A stretch of 21,988 bases of DNA, taken from NCBI RefSeq assembly GCF_006345805.1, contig NW_021836993.1:1-21988 (forward strand), read 5' to 3'. The DNA comes from Octopus sinensis (Eukaryota). The notes beneath the pieces are model-generated. The model saw nothing but the letters and a program-made list of their open reading frames with translations, did no database searches and was not told the origin of the DNA. Positions 1 to 10,424 of this stretch are shown one piece after another (the first letter of the stretch is position 1; each line of letters begins with the position of its first letter). The position numbers and the translations under genes were made by a program.

Positions 1-60
1 GAGAATAAAGCGAAAGTCGGAAGAACGAGAGAAAAAAACGAGGAAGTGTGATAGTCTCCT

Positions 61-97
61 GCCTATCTATCTATCCATCCATCTATCTATCTATCTA

Positions 98-142
<45 letters not shown>

Positions 143-171
143 CCTACCTACCTACCTATCTACTATTTATC

Positions 172-257
<86 letters not shown>

Positions 258-283
258 CCTACCTACCTATCTATCTATTTATC

Positions 284-314
<31 letters not shown>

Positions 315-327
315 CTATTTATCTATC

Positions 328-360
<33 letters not shown>

Positions 361-361
361 C

Positions 362-428
<67 letters not shown>

Positions 429-515
429 CCTACCTATCTATACCTATCTATCTATCTACCTACCTACCTATCTATCTATTTATCTATCTATCTATCGATA
501 GGTAGATTGATAGAT
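61..515. repeat. (TATC)n/(TACC)n microsatellite that switches to (GATA) at 497
   Basis: Direct reading of tandem tatc units; palindromic switch point ctatc|gatag at 492-501. Confidence 0.98.
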
Positions 516-825
516 AAAATATATTGCCTCGAATAATACGCAAACGTTGGAGAGAGAACAAACCAAAGATGAAATCTCCAAGCGTAGCTAGATCAGCTAG
601 AAATAGCAGTCAAATTTCTCAAATTTTCCCTCAAATCACGTCCTGCAGTTTAAGGAAGGTCATATCAGAAAATTGCAGTACTTGATATATAATTAGACGG
701 AATGGTCATGATGACTAGAACGCTTCTGACGCAGGTGTGTTCTGTCAGGCTGACCTCTGGCTTTAACATCACACAGAAAGGTATATCCATGCGCCTCTGT
801 TATCTACCCTATTTCCCCTTGTCTC

Positions 826-1012
826 TCATCTTTCTCTCTCTCTCTCACTTTCTCTCTCTATTTCCTTGTCTGTCTATTTAATTGTTTATATTTCTTTTCT
901 CTCTATGTATTCTTGGTCGATCCAGTAAACTCTCCCCTCGTTCTCTCTTCCCTCTCCCCCTCTCTCTCTATCTGTCTGTCTGTCTGTCTATCTGTATATC
1001 TATCTCTGTCTG

Positions 1013-1071
<59 letters not shown>

Positions 1072-1084
1072 CTCTCTCTATCTC

Positions 1085-1130
<46 letters not shown>

Positions 1131-1194
1131 CATCTATCTATATATATATATATCTATCTGCCTATCTATCTATCGCTGTCTATCTACCTACCTA

Positions 1195-1239
<45 letters not shown>

Positions 1240-1242
1240 CTG
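826..1242. repeat. Compound (TC)n/(TGTC)n/(TATC)n microsatellite
   Basis: Tandem units visible; source of the spurious LSIY-rich ORFs 882-1250 and 913-1269. Confidence 0.97.
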
Positions 1243-1907
1243 TTTCGTAAGAAATACAGAGAAAAGTAATAATTAATAATAAAAAATCAAGCTAACAAAA
1301 TTTAAACAATAATAAATAAATAATAAATAAAATTAAGAAAACGCGGCACCGTATAGCAAACCCTTCCGTACCTCCGCTATAGAAATTAAGTCGCTGTTAT
1401 TACAGAACGATCAAACAGAATTTACTCATGGCAACTTAGCAGCAAAGTAAAACCGGGTGTAATGGAAATCTTTTGAAGTTTCAGACTTGTTTCATCTACT
1501 TTCTGACATAGTTTCTCCATTTTATTTAAAAATAAACTCTATACGGAATCAATTTTGCTTTTTTTTTTGTGTGTGTGTTATGGTGGTCTGGTGGTTTGTT
1601 GTACCCGGCATTGGTTAAAGAAGTGAACAGGCACATTGTTTACTATGAGCGGAGGGATATACCACCACCTCCTGTGTTCCTCCCTTGCCTTCGATCGTGA
1701 CTTGGAGTTACATGAAAGAAGAAGAAGAAAAAAAGAAAAGTAAAGGGAGAAGAAGGGAGACGGAGGAGAAAGAGAAAGAGTAGGAAATGAAGTGAGTGAG
1801 AGAGAGAAACAGAAAGAGTAATTAAATAGAGAGAGTGAGGAAAAGAGAGACAGGGTAGGAAGGTAAAAGAGTAAAGACAGTGTGTAATTAAAGATATATA
1901 CATCTAA

Positions 1908-1912
1908 TTATC

Positions 1913-2002
<90 letters not shown>

Positions 2003-2054
2003 TATATATATATACAGAGATAGAGAGAGAGGGGAAGATAGGTAGATAGATATC

Positions 2055-2095
<41 letters not shown>
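1908..2095. repeat. (TATC)n-(TA)n-(GATA)n compound microsatellite inside a purine-rich tract (~1710-2500)
   Basis: Tandem units visible. Confidence 0.95.
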
Positions 2096-2096
<1 letters not shown>

Positions 2097-2506
2097 AGGG
2101 AGATAAATAGAGGCAGAGAGAGGGGGAGATAGATAGGTAGACAGAGAAGTATGAAGATAATATAGATTCTAAGAAAGGAAAAGAGTAAAAGACACAAGTG
2201 TACAATAAATAAGGAGGAAAAGAGAGAGAGAGACAAAGAAAGAGAAGTATATTGAGGAAAAGAAGAAAATAAAGAAATAAAGGAATCGGGAATAAGCTGA
2301 AAGGACTAAGTGAGGAAGAGAGGGTAAAAGATATAGAAGAAGAAAGGGATGGAGGAATGAATAGAGAGGAAGAGGAGATAATAACAATGTTGAAAGAGAT
2401 AAGAATGAAAATAGAAATGGAGAAGAAAATTATACAGGCGAGAGGAAAACAACGAAAGAAAATTATGTAAAGAAAATAAAGAGGAGAAATTAAAAAATCT
2501 ACCTAG

Positions 2507-3082
<576 letters not shown>

Positions 3083-3414
3083 ATACGTGATTAAAAAGAA
3101 TTAAAAAGACAGAGGAAAGAGAGAGAATTAGAAAGGGGACGAGGAAGAAAAGAACAAAGAATGATTAGAAAGTGTGAAAGAAAAAAGAAGGAAAATAAAA
3201 GAAAGAAGACGGATGTCACAGTTGAACGATGAGGGAACGAGAGATGGAGAGGCTTTCATGCAGTTTTAGAGGATAGTGGCAATGACAATCGACATAGGTG
3301 AAGTGATATGGATAAACGGAGAAACGAAACTGGGTCGCCGACTCGGCTCACAAGGAGCTTTAGAAGCTTATCTCTTGCTGGTACGGCGAACACTAAGCTA
3401 TGGGATTAAGGAAA

Positions 3415-3598
3415 TAGAGTGAGAGAGAAAGAGAGTGAGTGATTGAGTGAGTGAATGAGTGTGTGAGTGAGTGAGTCGATGAGAGGTGGGAGAAGGGAGA
3501 GGAGAGTGAGTTAGATATAAGGTGGAGGGAGGGTGGACGTAATGTTGGAGATGTATGTGTGTGTGTATGTAGTGGTTCTCAATGTGTTTGTGTCTTGT

Positions 3599-3630
<32 letters not shown>

Positions 3631-3993
3631 CTGTGTGTGTGTTCCTCGAGTGTAAGGAAGGAAAAATATGAATGAGAAAGATTTAGGACAGTCAGCGGGG
3701 AAAGGCAAGGAAGCGAAGAGGTAAAGAGACTACCCTGGGAAAAAGTATGTGTGTGTGTATCTGTGTGTGTGCGCGCGCGTGTGTGTGTGTGCGAGTATGT
3801 ACATACGTGTGTGTATGTGTGAATGAGGGAGCGACGGACGTTGAGGTGAGTAAAGGAGAATGAAGACGACGACAAAGATATACAGATTAAAGAGAACGAT
3901 ACTCTGTAGTGGTGATGGAGATGGTGATGGTGATGGAGAGGTGATGGTGGTGGTGGTGGTGGTGGTGACTTGAGTGAGAGCGTACACTTGGTC

Positions 3994-4038
<45 letters not shown>

Positions 4039-4165
4039 AGGGGATGGTGTGAAATTATGGAAAGGCTAAGTAGTGGTGGGGAGGGAAGAAAAGGGTCGAA
4101 AATAAGCACAAGGTGAAATGAGGAGGGGGGGGGAGAAGAAATAGAAGGAGAGATAGAAGAAGAAG

Positions 4166-4197
<32 letters not shown>

Positions 4198-4323
4198 GAA
4201 GAAGAAGAAGAAGAAGCGAATACGATGAAGAAATGCAGGGATGATAGTAAGTAATGCTGTGTGGAGAAGGAAAAGGAGAAGTGGAACAGGTAGCTAGGAG
4301 AGAAGAAGAGATATAGTAAGAAT

Positions 4324-4359
<36 letters not shown>

Positions 4360-4837
4360 CAGAGTGACAGATAGAAAGGTAGGGAGAGAGTGAAAGAGCG
4401 AGCGAGGAAGTGCAATATGAAAGACAATGAGAGAGAGGGGGGAGGATAGTGTATGAATGGGAGAAGCAGTAGTAATGGTTGTAGTGGGAGGAGAATAGCA
4501 GCGCCTGTGAATGGGAGAATGGGTTTTCACTTGTTGCGCTCTTTGTTGTGTTTGTGTTGTGTGTAGCGTAATGTGTTTATGAGAGTACTGTGTACGTGTG
4601 TGCGTGTCTGTGTGTGTGCGTGTGTGTGTGTGTGCGTGTGTCTGTTGTATGTTGTACCTGTGAGCATTGCGTGTGTGTAGTTCTCTGTGAGCGCTTATCT
4701 GTATCTGTATGTGTATGTGTGTCTGCCTGTCCGTCTCTCTGTCTGTGTGTGTGTGTGTGCATGTGTGTTTGTTGGTGTGTGTGTGTCTGTGTGCTTCACT
4801 ACTTATCTGGTTCAGAGCATTGACTCTTTACTCCCGG

Positions 4838-4877
<40 letters not shown>

Positions 4878-4998
4878 TCTCACACACATATACATATACG
4901 CACACACGACAAACGTAAACGCATGCATAATTGTGCAGCTTACCTATACAGCACTGTTAACTTTACACCTCCCATCGAAGGAAAAAAACATACATACA

Positions 4999-5049
<51 letters not shown>

Positions 5050-5160
5050 TGGCGTGTATGCGTGTGTGTATCACGTATTATTATATATATAGATATAATA
5101 TATATAAAATACGTGATACACACACACACACACACACCATATATATATATATATATATAA
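3415..5160. repeat. Compound microsatellite field: (GAGT), (TG), (GGT), (GTA), (GAA), (GA), (CA), (TA)
   Basis: Tandem units visible, e.g. (gta)n ~3993-4037, (gaa)n ~4156-4216, (ga)n ~4327-4356. Confidence 0.93.
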
Positions 5161-5259
5161 ATAAAACGAATTTTTTTTTTCTTTTTTTTTGACAACTTTT
5201 CCTAGCATGAGAGGATTATATTTTCTTTCAGATCTTTTCTCGGTTGTAGCAGAACAACA

Positions 5260-5405
5260 AACATTCAAATAAATAACAGCCACAGCAATTGTAACACCAA
5301 CATCAACACCACCACCACTAGCAGCAGCAGCAGCAACAGTACCAGCAGCAGCAGCCAGCAGCAGCAGCAATAGTAGCATAAACAACAATAACAACAACAA
5401 CAATG
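5260..5405. repeat. Trinucleotide low-complexity tract (AAC/ACC/AGC)
   Basis: acc, agc and aac runs visible. Confidence 0.9.
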
Positions 5406-5454
5406 ACATCGACAAGGTTGTCAATATAGCATGAGAGGTGTAAAGGTTACAAGT

Positions 5455-5990
5455 TATTCATGTGTGTGTGTCTGTGCGTGTGTGTTGTGTGTTGTGTGTT
5501 GTGTGTGTGTGTGTGTATGTGTGTGTGTATTAGCGTATGTGTGTGTGTACATACGAATACACACACATATATATGCGTATACATATATAGTGTGGTATAC
5601 TTATTACCTTTATTAATGTAAGTATACATATATAATACATACATACGCATGCGTACACACATTCACACACACACATATATGTGTGTGTATACACATACAC
5701 ACATATATAACATGCTCCTAGATACATCTATACGAGTGCATGTTATAAGTATGTTTGCATGCATATACGTATATAACATATTTCTCCGTATATACGCGTA
5801 TATATGCGTGTATGTATAAGTATATACATTGATTTCTGTTCCATTTCTCTCCATCTCCCACGCTGTGTGTGTGTGGGTGTGTCTTTGTGTGCATACTCAC
5901 ATAGGTAGATGGATAGTAAGACATAAAAAGATATAGGTATAGATATAGATATAGATACATCCATACATATATTATAATTGTGGCTTCAAA
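5455..5990. repeat. Degenerate (TG)/(CA)/(TA)/(GATA) microsatellite field
   Basis: Tandem units visible. Confidence 0.9.
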
Positions 5991-6003
5991 GATAGAATAT
6001 TCC

Positions 6004-6205
6004 ATGCAGAACAGCAGTAATATCCATAAACGTAAAAATAGGGATCGAAATATTATACGGTATAATCCACCATCTAGTTTAAACGTTTGGTCTAATTTTC
6101 CTGAATCGTATAATTAAGCATTTCCCTAAAGACTGTAAACATAATAAGATCTTTAATAAATATTTTTAAAATGTCCAGGTGAGCTACAGTTTCGCTACAA
6201 ACTTC
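6004..6205 (+). mobile_element. Decayed Penelope-like element fragment (region between RT and GIY-YIG endonuclease)
   Basis: Manual translation across one frameshift gives KRKNRDRNIIRYNPPSSLNVWSN / IIKHFPKDCKHNKIFNKYF*NVQVSYSFATN. This matches the PLE-type motif string RNIIWFNPPxSxNVxTN...KHFP...KIFNRNxVKVSYS as I recall it. Confidence 0.65.
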
Positions 6206-6403
6206 GTTGCTTCCAAAGCCAGTATGACCAGAAGGAACATTTCTCGTTCGAAAACGTAGAAGAACCCATACAATATTTAGAACAATTTAAACTTGTTGAC
6301 ACCTTTTACTAATAATTGTATACAAAAATATGGGAGATTCGAATTCTCTCATGGTTTATGGCATTGTTCTCGTAAACGCATATAATTAATTATCTGACCA
6401 CTG

Positions 6404-6626
6404 ACTTGTTTCAGTCATTGGATTGCGACCATGCAGGGGCGCCACATTGAAGGGTTTTAGTTGAATAAATCGAACCAAGTACTTATTTTTTAAAGTCTAG
6501 TATTATTTTATCGATATTGATGCCAAACCGCTACGTCACATGGACATTAACAAGTCCATATCAGTTGTCAGGCGGTGGGGAGATAAACTCAATGTCGCAA
6601 GCACGCACGCACGCACGCACGCACAT

Positions 6627-6659
<33 letters not shown>

Positions 6660-6670
6660 CACACACACAC
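6404..6670 (-). mobile_element. SINE family S1, diverged 3' half plus (CA)n
   Basis: acttgtttcagtcattggattgcgaccatgc...aaatcgaacc...aaccgctacgtcac aligns by eye to the S1 copy at 20557-20770. Confidence 0.75.
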
Positions 6671-6820
6671 ATTGTATAGCGAGTTTCTTAACCACGCAGA
6701 CGTGCCTCGGAAGGTGTATGATTTAGTCTCGAGGCGTTTCAGGAACATCGATCTAACCCAGTTTCTTTACTAAGACACTGTCACGAACAGATGTTTCTCA
6801 CGAGATTTTTATTATTTTAT

Positions 6821-6905
6821 TCTTTCATTCTTTGATTTGTTTTAGTCATTTGACTGCGGCCATGCTGGAGCACTACCTTTAGTCAAACAAATCGACCCCA
6901 GGACC
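6821..6905 (-). mobile_element. SINE family S1, 3'-terminal fragment
   Basis: gtcatttgactgcggccatgctggagcactacctttagtcaaacaaatcgaccccaggac is nearly identical to 20577-20637. Confidence 0.9.
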
Positions 6906-6991
6906 TATATATATATATATATATTATAATATATATATATATATAATATATATACTACACCCCACACACACAACATACATATATATATATA

Positions 6992-7185
6992 TAGGGAGAA
7001 TTTACAACAAAAAATAGAAGACGAAAAGGTGGTGTAGACAACAAACAATGTATTAGTATAACGCTCGGGAAGTGAAAAAGTCTTTAATGTTTCGAGCCTA
7101 CGCTCTTCCACAGAAAGGAACACAGAAAGAAAAAAGGAGAGAAAAAAAGAATGTGTGACTAGGGATCTATCATGGCGAAGGCCGG
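6992..7185 (-). mobile_element. ~200-bp interspersed repeat (copy 1), probably PLE-terminus derived, with hammerhead-like motif
   Basis: Aligns end to end with 19595-19797 (tagggagaatttac...gatctatcatggcga..gccgg). It abuts a (TA)n tract and contains the motif at 7082-7117. Confidence 0.8.
7082..7117 (-). ncRNA. Minimal type-I hammerhead-ribozyme-like motif, non-canonical core (activity unproven)
   Basis: Minus strand reads CUUU-CUGUGGA-A-GAGC(GUAG)GCUC-GAAA-CAUU-AAAG: stem I CUUU/AAAG, perfect 4-bp stem II, GAAA. Confidence 0.45.
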
Positions 7186-7190
7186 ACATC

Positions 7191-7224
<34 letters not shown>

Positions 7225-7375
7225 CGACGGGTTTTTAGTTTCTGTCTACCAAATCCACTCACAAGGCTTTGGTCGGCCCGAGGTTATAGTAGAAGACACT
7301 TGCCCAAGGTGCCACGCAGTGGGACTGAACCTAGAACCATGTGGTTGGGAAGAAAGCTTCTTACCTCACAGCCAC
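7225..7375 (-). mobile_element. SINE family S1, tRNA-derived 5' half
   Basis: Reverse complement gtggctgtgaggtaagaagc...ggttctaggttcagtcccactgcgtggcaccttgggcaagtg has A-box-like and B-box-like motifs; matches 20856-21018 and 8188-8330. Confidence 0.9.
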
Positions 7376-7544
7376 AAAAAAATTATCTTCTTCTTGCCCA
7401 ACACCTTGCTTACATTAGAGTCGACAATATATAAGTTATCGAAGAGGTATTTATTCAGTCGTTCGTGCTACAAACAGTATCCGCATCTGTCTTAATGACA
7501 ACGTCCTGCTTCAAGAAAGAAGGATGTATTGGGTAATACAATAA

Positions 7545-7768
7545 GGTAAAGACCCCCTTCAGTTATGAATGACTATGGATTGCACCTACAAAGTTCCCCT
7601 TCGCGGCACAAGTCCGGGCAAGGTTGCTTAGGAAAAGCCAGCAGCTACTCATGCATACCAGCCTTACCTCACCACACCTCGCTACCGATGTTGTCCAAGT
7701 GGAAAGGCAAAAGCCGATAGAACGTGACACGAGGGACGTCACAACGCATTTCTACAGATGGGTGAAAT
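7545..7768 (-). mobile_element. Probable 3' half of another SINE-like interspersed repeat
   Basis: Recognised as a common cephalopod repeat (gacccccttc...gcacaagtccgggcaaggttg...ggaaaggcaaaagccgat). Its right end resembles the S3 core; single copy in this window. Confidence 0.45.
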
Positions 7769-7931
7769 GGGGTCAGTCGATTACTTGACTGGTACTTATT
7801 TCATGGAACCCGAAAGGATGAAAAACGAAATGGACCTCAGTGGAATTTGAACTCAAAATGTAAAAAATTCGGAAGAAAAGCTGCTGAGCCTTTTTTCTCC
7901 GACACAGTAACGCTTCTGCCAGCTCGCGGCC
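7769..7931 (-). mobile_element. SINE family S2, diverged copy
   Basis: ctggtacttattt...cccgaaaggatgaaa...ggaatttgaactca...ttctgccagctcgc matches 9480-9627 and the reverse complement of 10425-10513. Confidence 0.8.
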
Positions 7932-8187
7932 CCTTGGCATAAACTATTAATGGCATAACAATTCATCCAATGTTTGTTGATGAAAAAGTTCTGCATGTAA
8001 CATGAATTCGACGATGATGCTAATGTCAGATTGAATGTAAACAGTAAATACTACACCAGAACAGCGAAGCAAGTGTAGTAACCAGCGCTTCTCCTCGACC
8101 AATAAATCAATAAGCATACAATGGACTTGTCGTGTTATAGTATTGATACCACACTAACTGATTTAATTCACCAGATCCGCTGCCGTT

Positions 8188-8330
8188 GTGGCTGTGTGGT
8201 AAGAAACTTGTTTCACAACCACATGGTTCCGGGTTCAGTCCCACTGCATGGTACCTTGGGCAAGTGGCTTCAACAATAGCCTCGGCCTCGTGAGTGGATT
8301 TGGTAGACAGAAACTGAAAGAAACCCGTCG
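8188..8330 (+). mobile_element. SINE family S1, tRNA-derived 5' half
   Basis: gtggctgtgtggtaag (A-box-like), gggttcagtccc (B-box-like), ccttgggcaagtg core, then a microsatellite; small internal deletion relative to other copies. Confidence 0.9.
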
Positions 8331-8382
8331 TATTTGTGTGTGTATATATATATATATATACGTACATACATGTAGTTGTGTT

Positions 8383-8415
<33 letters not shown>

Positions 8416-8490
8416 TTTGTTGTTTGAAAAAATGTTCGTTTCTATGTTTTTGCTTTTATGTTTTCGTTTCTCATTGTGTTCCACGTTGTA

Positions 8491-8521
<31 letters not shown>

Positions 8522-9008
8522 GAAGTATTATGGACTTCCTCTGTAAACTGTTGACTCCAACGGAGAAACAGATTGTCTAGCTCACTGTATGAGGTAGTAT
8601 GATAGATAATATGGGCCTAGTCCAATATTTAAATGTTGCATTACATATCTATATGTGCTTCCGCTAGAATATATTAACTACCAAGTGCACTAATGGAGCA
8701 GGGCTTTATGCATGACAAGTATAACATCAACAAGTCCAGGAAAGAACTGCTGAGTAAATATATTTCATTGGACGTCAATAAATAAGCAGCAAGTTTAGAT
8801 GGACTGACTGACCGACAAGCTTCACTTCAGCAAAGATTTGGAAGAGAAACTTTCAGCATATCAGCAGATATTAATTCATACATGGCAATGTTTCGACCAG
8901 TTCTGAGAACAGTGACAGCAGAATGAGATATGATATATGAAATATCAATTATACATGATAAATACATACACATACACAGACTCGTGCGAAAACACATACA
9001 CACACACA

Positions 9009-9248
9009 TCTTATATCTTTCACTTGTTTCAGTTGTTTGACTGCGGCCATGCTGGAACACCGCCTTGATGGTTCTTTTAGTAGAACAAATCGACGCCAGG
9101 ACTTATTTCTTAAGCCTAATACTTATTCTATCGACTTCTTTAGTCGAACTGCTAAGTTACGGAGACGTAAACACCCCAACTCTGGTTATCAAGCGGTAGT
9201 AGGAGTCAAACACAGACCCACACACAGACCCCCACCCACACACACACA
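9009..9248 (-). mobile_element. SINE family S1, 3' half
   Basis: cacttgtttcagttgtttgactgcggccatgctggaacaccgcc...ctaagttacggagacgtaaacac matches 20557-20770. Confidence 0.88.
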
Positions 9249-9627
9249 TTCTTTTCTACTCTAGACACAATGTCCGAGATTTTGGGGGAGGGGGCCAGTC
9301 GATTATCTCGACCCCCCTACGCAACTGGTACTTAATTTATCGACTCAGAAAGGATGAAAGACAAAGTAGACCTCGGCGGAATTTGAACGCAGAACGTAGC
9401 GGCAGACGAAATACCTATTTCTTTACTACCCACAAGGGTCTAAATATAGAGGGGACAAACAAGGACAGACAAACAGATTAAGTCGATTACATCGACCCCA
9501 GTGCGTAACTGGTACTTAATTTTATCGACCCCGAAAGGATGAAAGGCAAAGTCGACCTCGGCGGAATTTGAACTCAGAACGTAACAGCAGACTAAATACC
9601 ACTAAACATTTCGTCAGGCGTGCTAAC
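9249..9627 (-). mobile_element. SINE family S2, internally duplicated (dimer-like) copy
   Basis: Module agtcgatta..tcgacccc...ctggtacttaattt.atcgac...aaaggatgaaag.caaagt.gacctcggcggaatttgaac occurs at ~9296-9415 and ~9480-9600. Confidence 0.88.
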
Positions 9628-9823
9628 ACACGCACATATGTTGCTACAATATACATTTTATACTATAACCAATGTGTATAACGTTAGAATGCGTATCAGC
9701 GCTACATTACATATAATACAAAAATTATCTTACGCACAATACATATAAATTCCACATTGCATATCAGTATAATATTTAAAATAACGCTTCATTGAGTAAA
9801 AATGCTATATTTCATATAATGCG

Positions 9824-10424
9824 ATTGGGCTGTCAGATAAATTTGTCTTTTCTTCCATTTATTTTAATCAACAATTTTAACAGATCAGTCAATGATATAT
9901 TTTCCTTCATTGTTCACGATTTCTTGCCAAAGTTCCACTAGCTTGTCGATGTCATGGCAGCAGAAAATAATCGGGTCTTGACTCGAAGAATTCAATATAC
10001 CACGTTTTCAGCTGCACGCTGCTGTTAAAACGAAACTCTTCGCAGACTGTTGAGGAGCGTCCAAAGAAGGTAATGTTTTAAAGGCATTAATTCAGGAAAA
10101 TAAAGTTGGTGCGGTAGAAATTAGCAATCAAGCTTTTGAATTGCATTTTTGATTAAATTAAAGACTTGGAGGAAAGTATTATCGTGTTGAAGAAGCTCGC
10201 GTTGTTTCCAATTGTTTCAGCTGGATATACTATTGAGTGAGGGCGACAGATGACGGTATCATGAAAGTGTTCAATCTGCGGGCCAGTTCCTTCATGGACT
10301 GGCGCAGATTGTCGTAGATGAGCTCGTCCAATCGATCCCCATTGAACTGAAGAGATCGACCGGAACGCGGAGATCGAATTTCCATTGTGAAACATGAAAA
10401 CCATTTCTATGCTGTATTTTCGAA
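9824..10424 (-). mobile_element. Internally deleted, decayed mariner (DD34D-type) transposon
   Basis: Frameshifted minus-strand translation: KWFS..FHNGN..SPRSGRSLQFNGDRLDELIYDNLRQSMKELA..HDTVICRPHSI (HTH region), then directly KQRELLQHDNTFLQVFNLIKNAIQKLDC*FLPHQLYFPELMPLKHYLL. This is in the same register as Mos1 HDN...YSPDLAPSD. Then LKTWYIEFFESRP..HDIDKLVELWQEIVNNEGKYIID* (stop 9885-9887). Candidate TIR remnant attgggctgtcagataa at 9824. Confidence 0.85.

Noticed and set aside
565-775. Segment resembling a cephalopod interspersed repeat ending ctgacctctggctttaac
   Set aside because: Single diverged copy with no diagnostic termini; cannot be classified from the sequence alone. The same holds for 17690-17810 and 10830-10890
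3840-3851. Perfect splice donor gag|gtgagt (also cag|gtgagc at 6176-6184)
   Set aside because: No matching acceptor or open exon upstream; the second site lies within the PLE relic
6905-7192. ORF sharing LSVEERRLETLKTFS with ORF 19435-19746
   Set aside because: Similarity comes from the two copies of the non-coding 200-bp repeat
8640-8930. Possible hAT-transposase relic (TTKCTNGAGLY / LLSKYISLDVNK*AASLDG)
   Set aside because: Similarity too weak to support by eye; needs an HMM search
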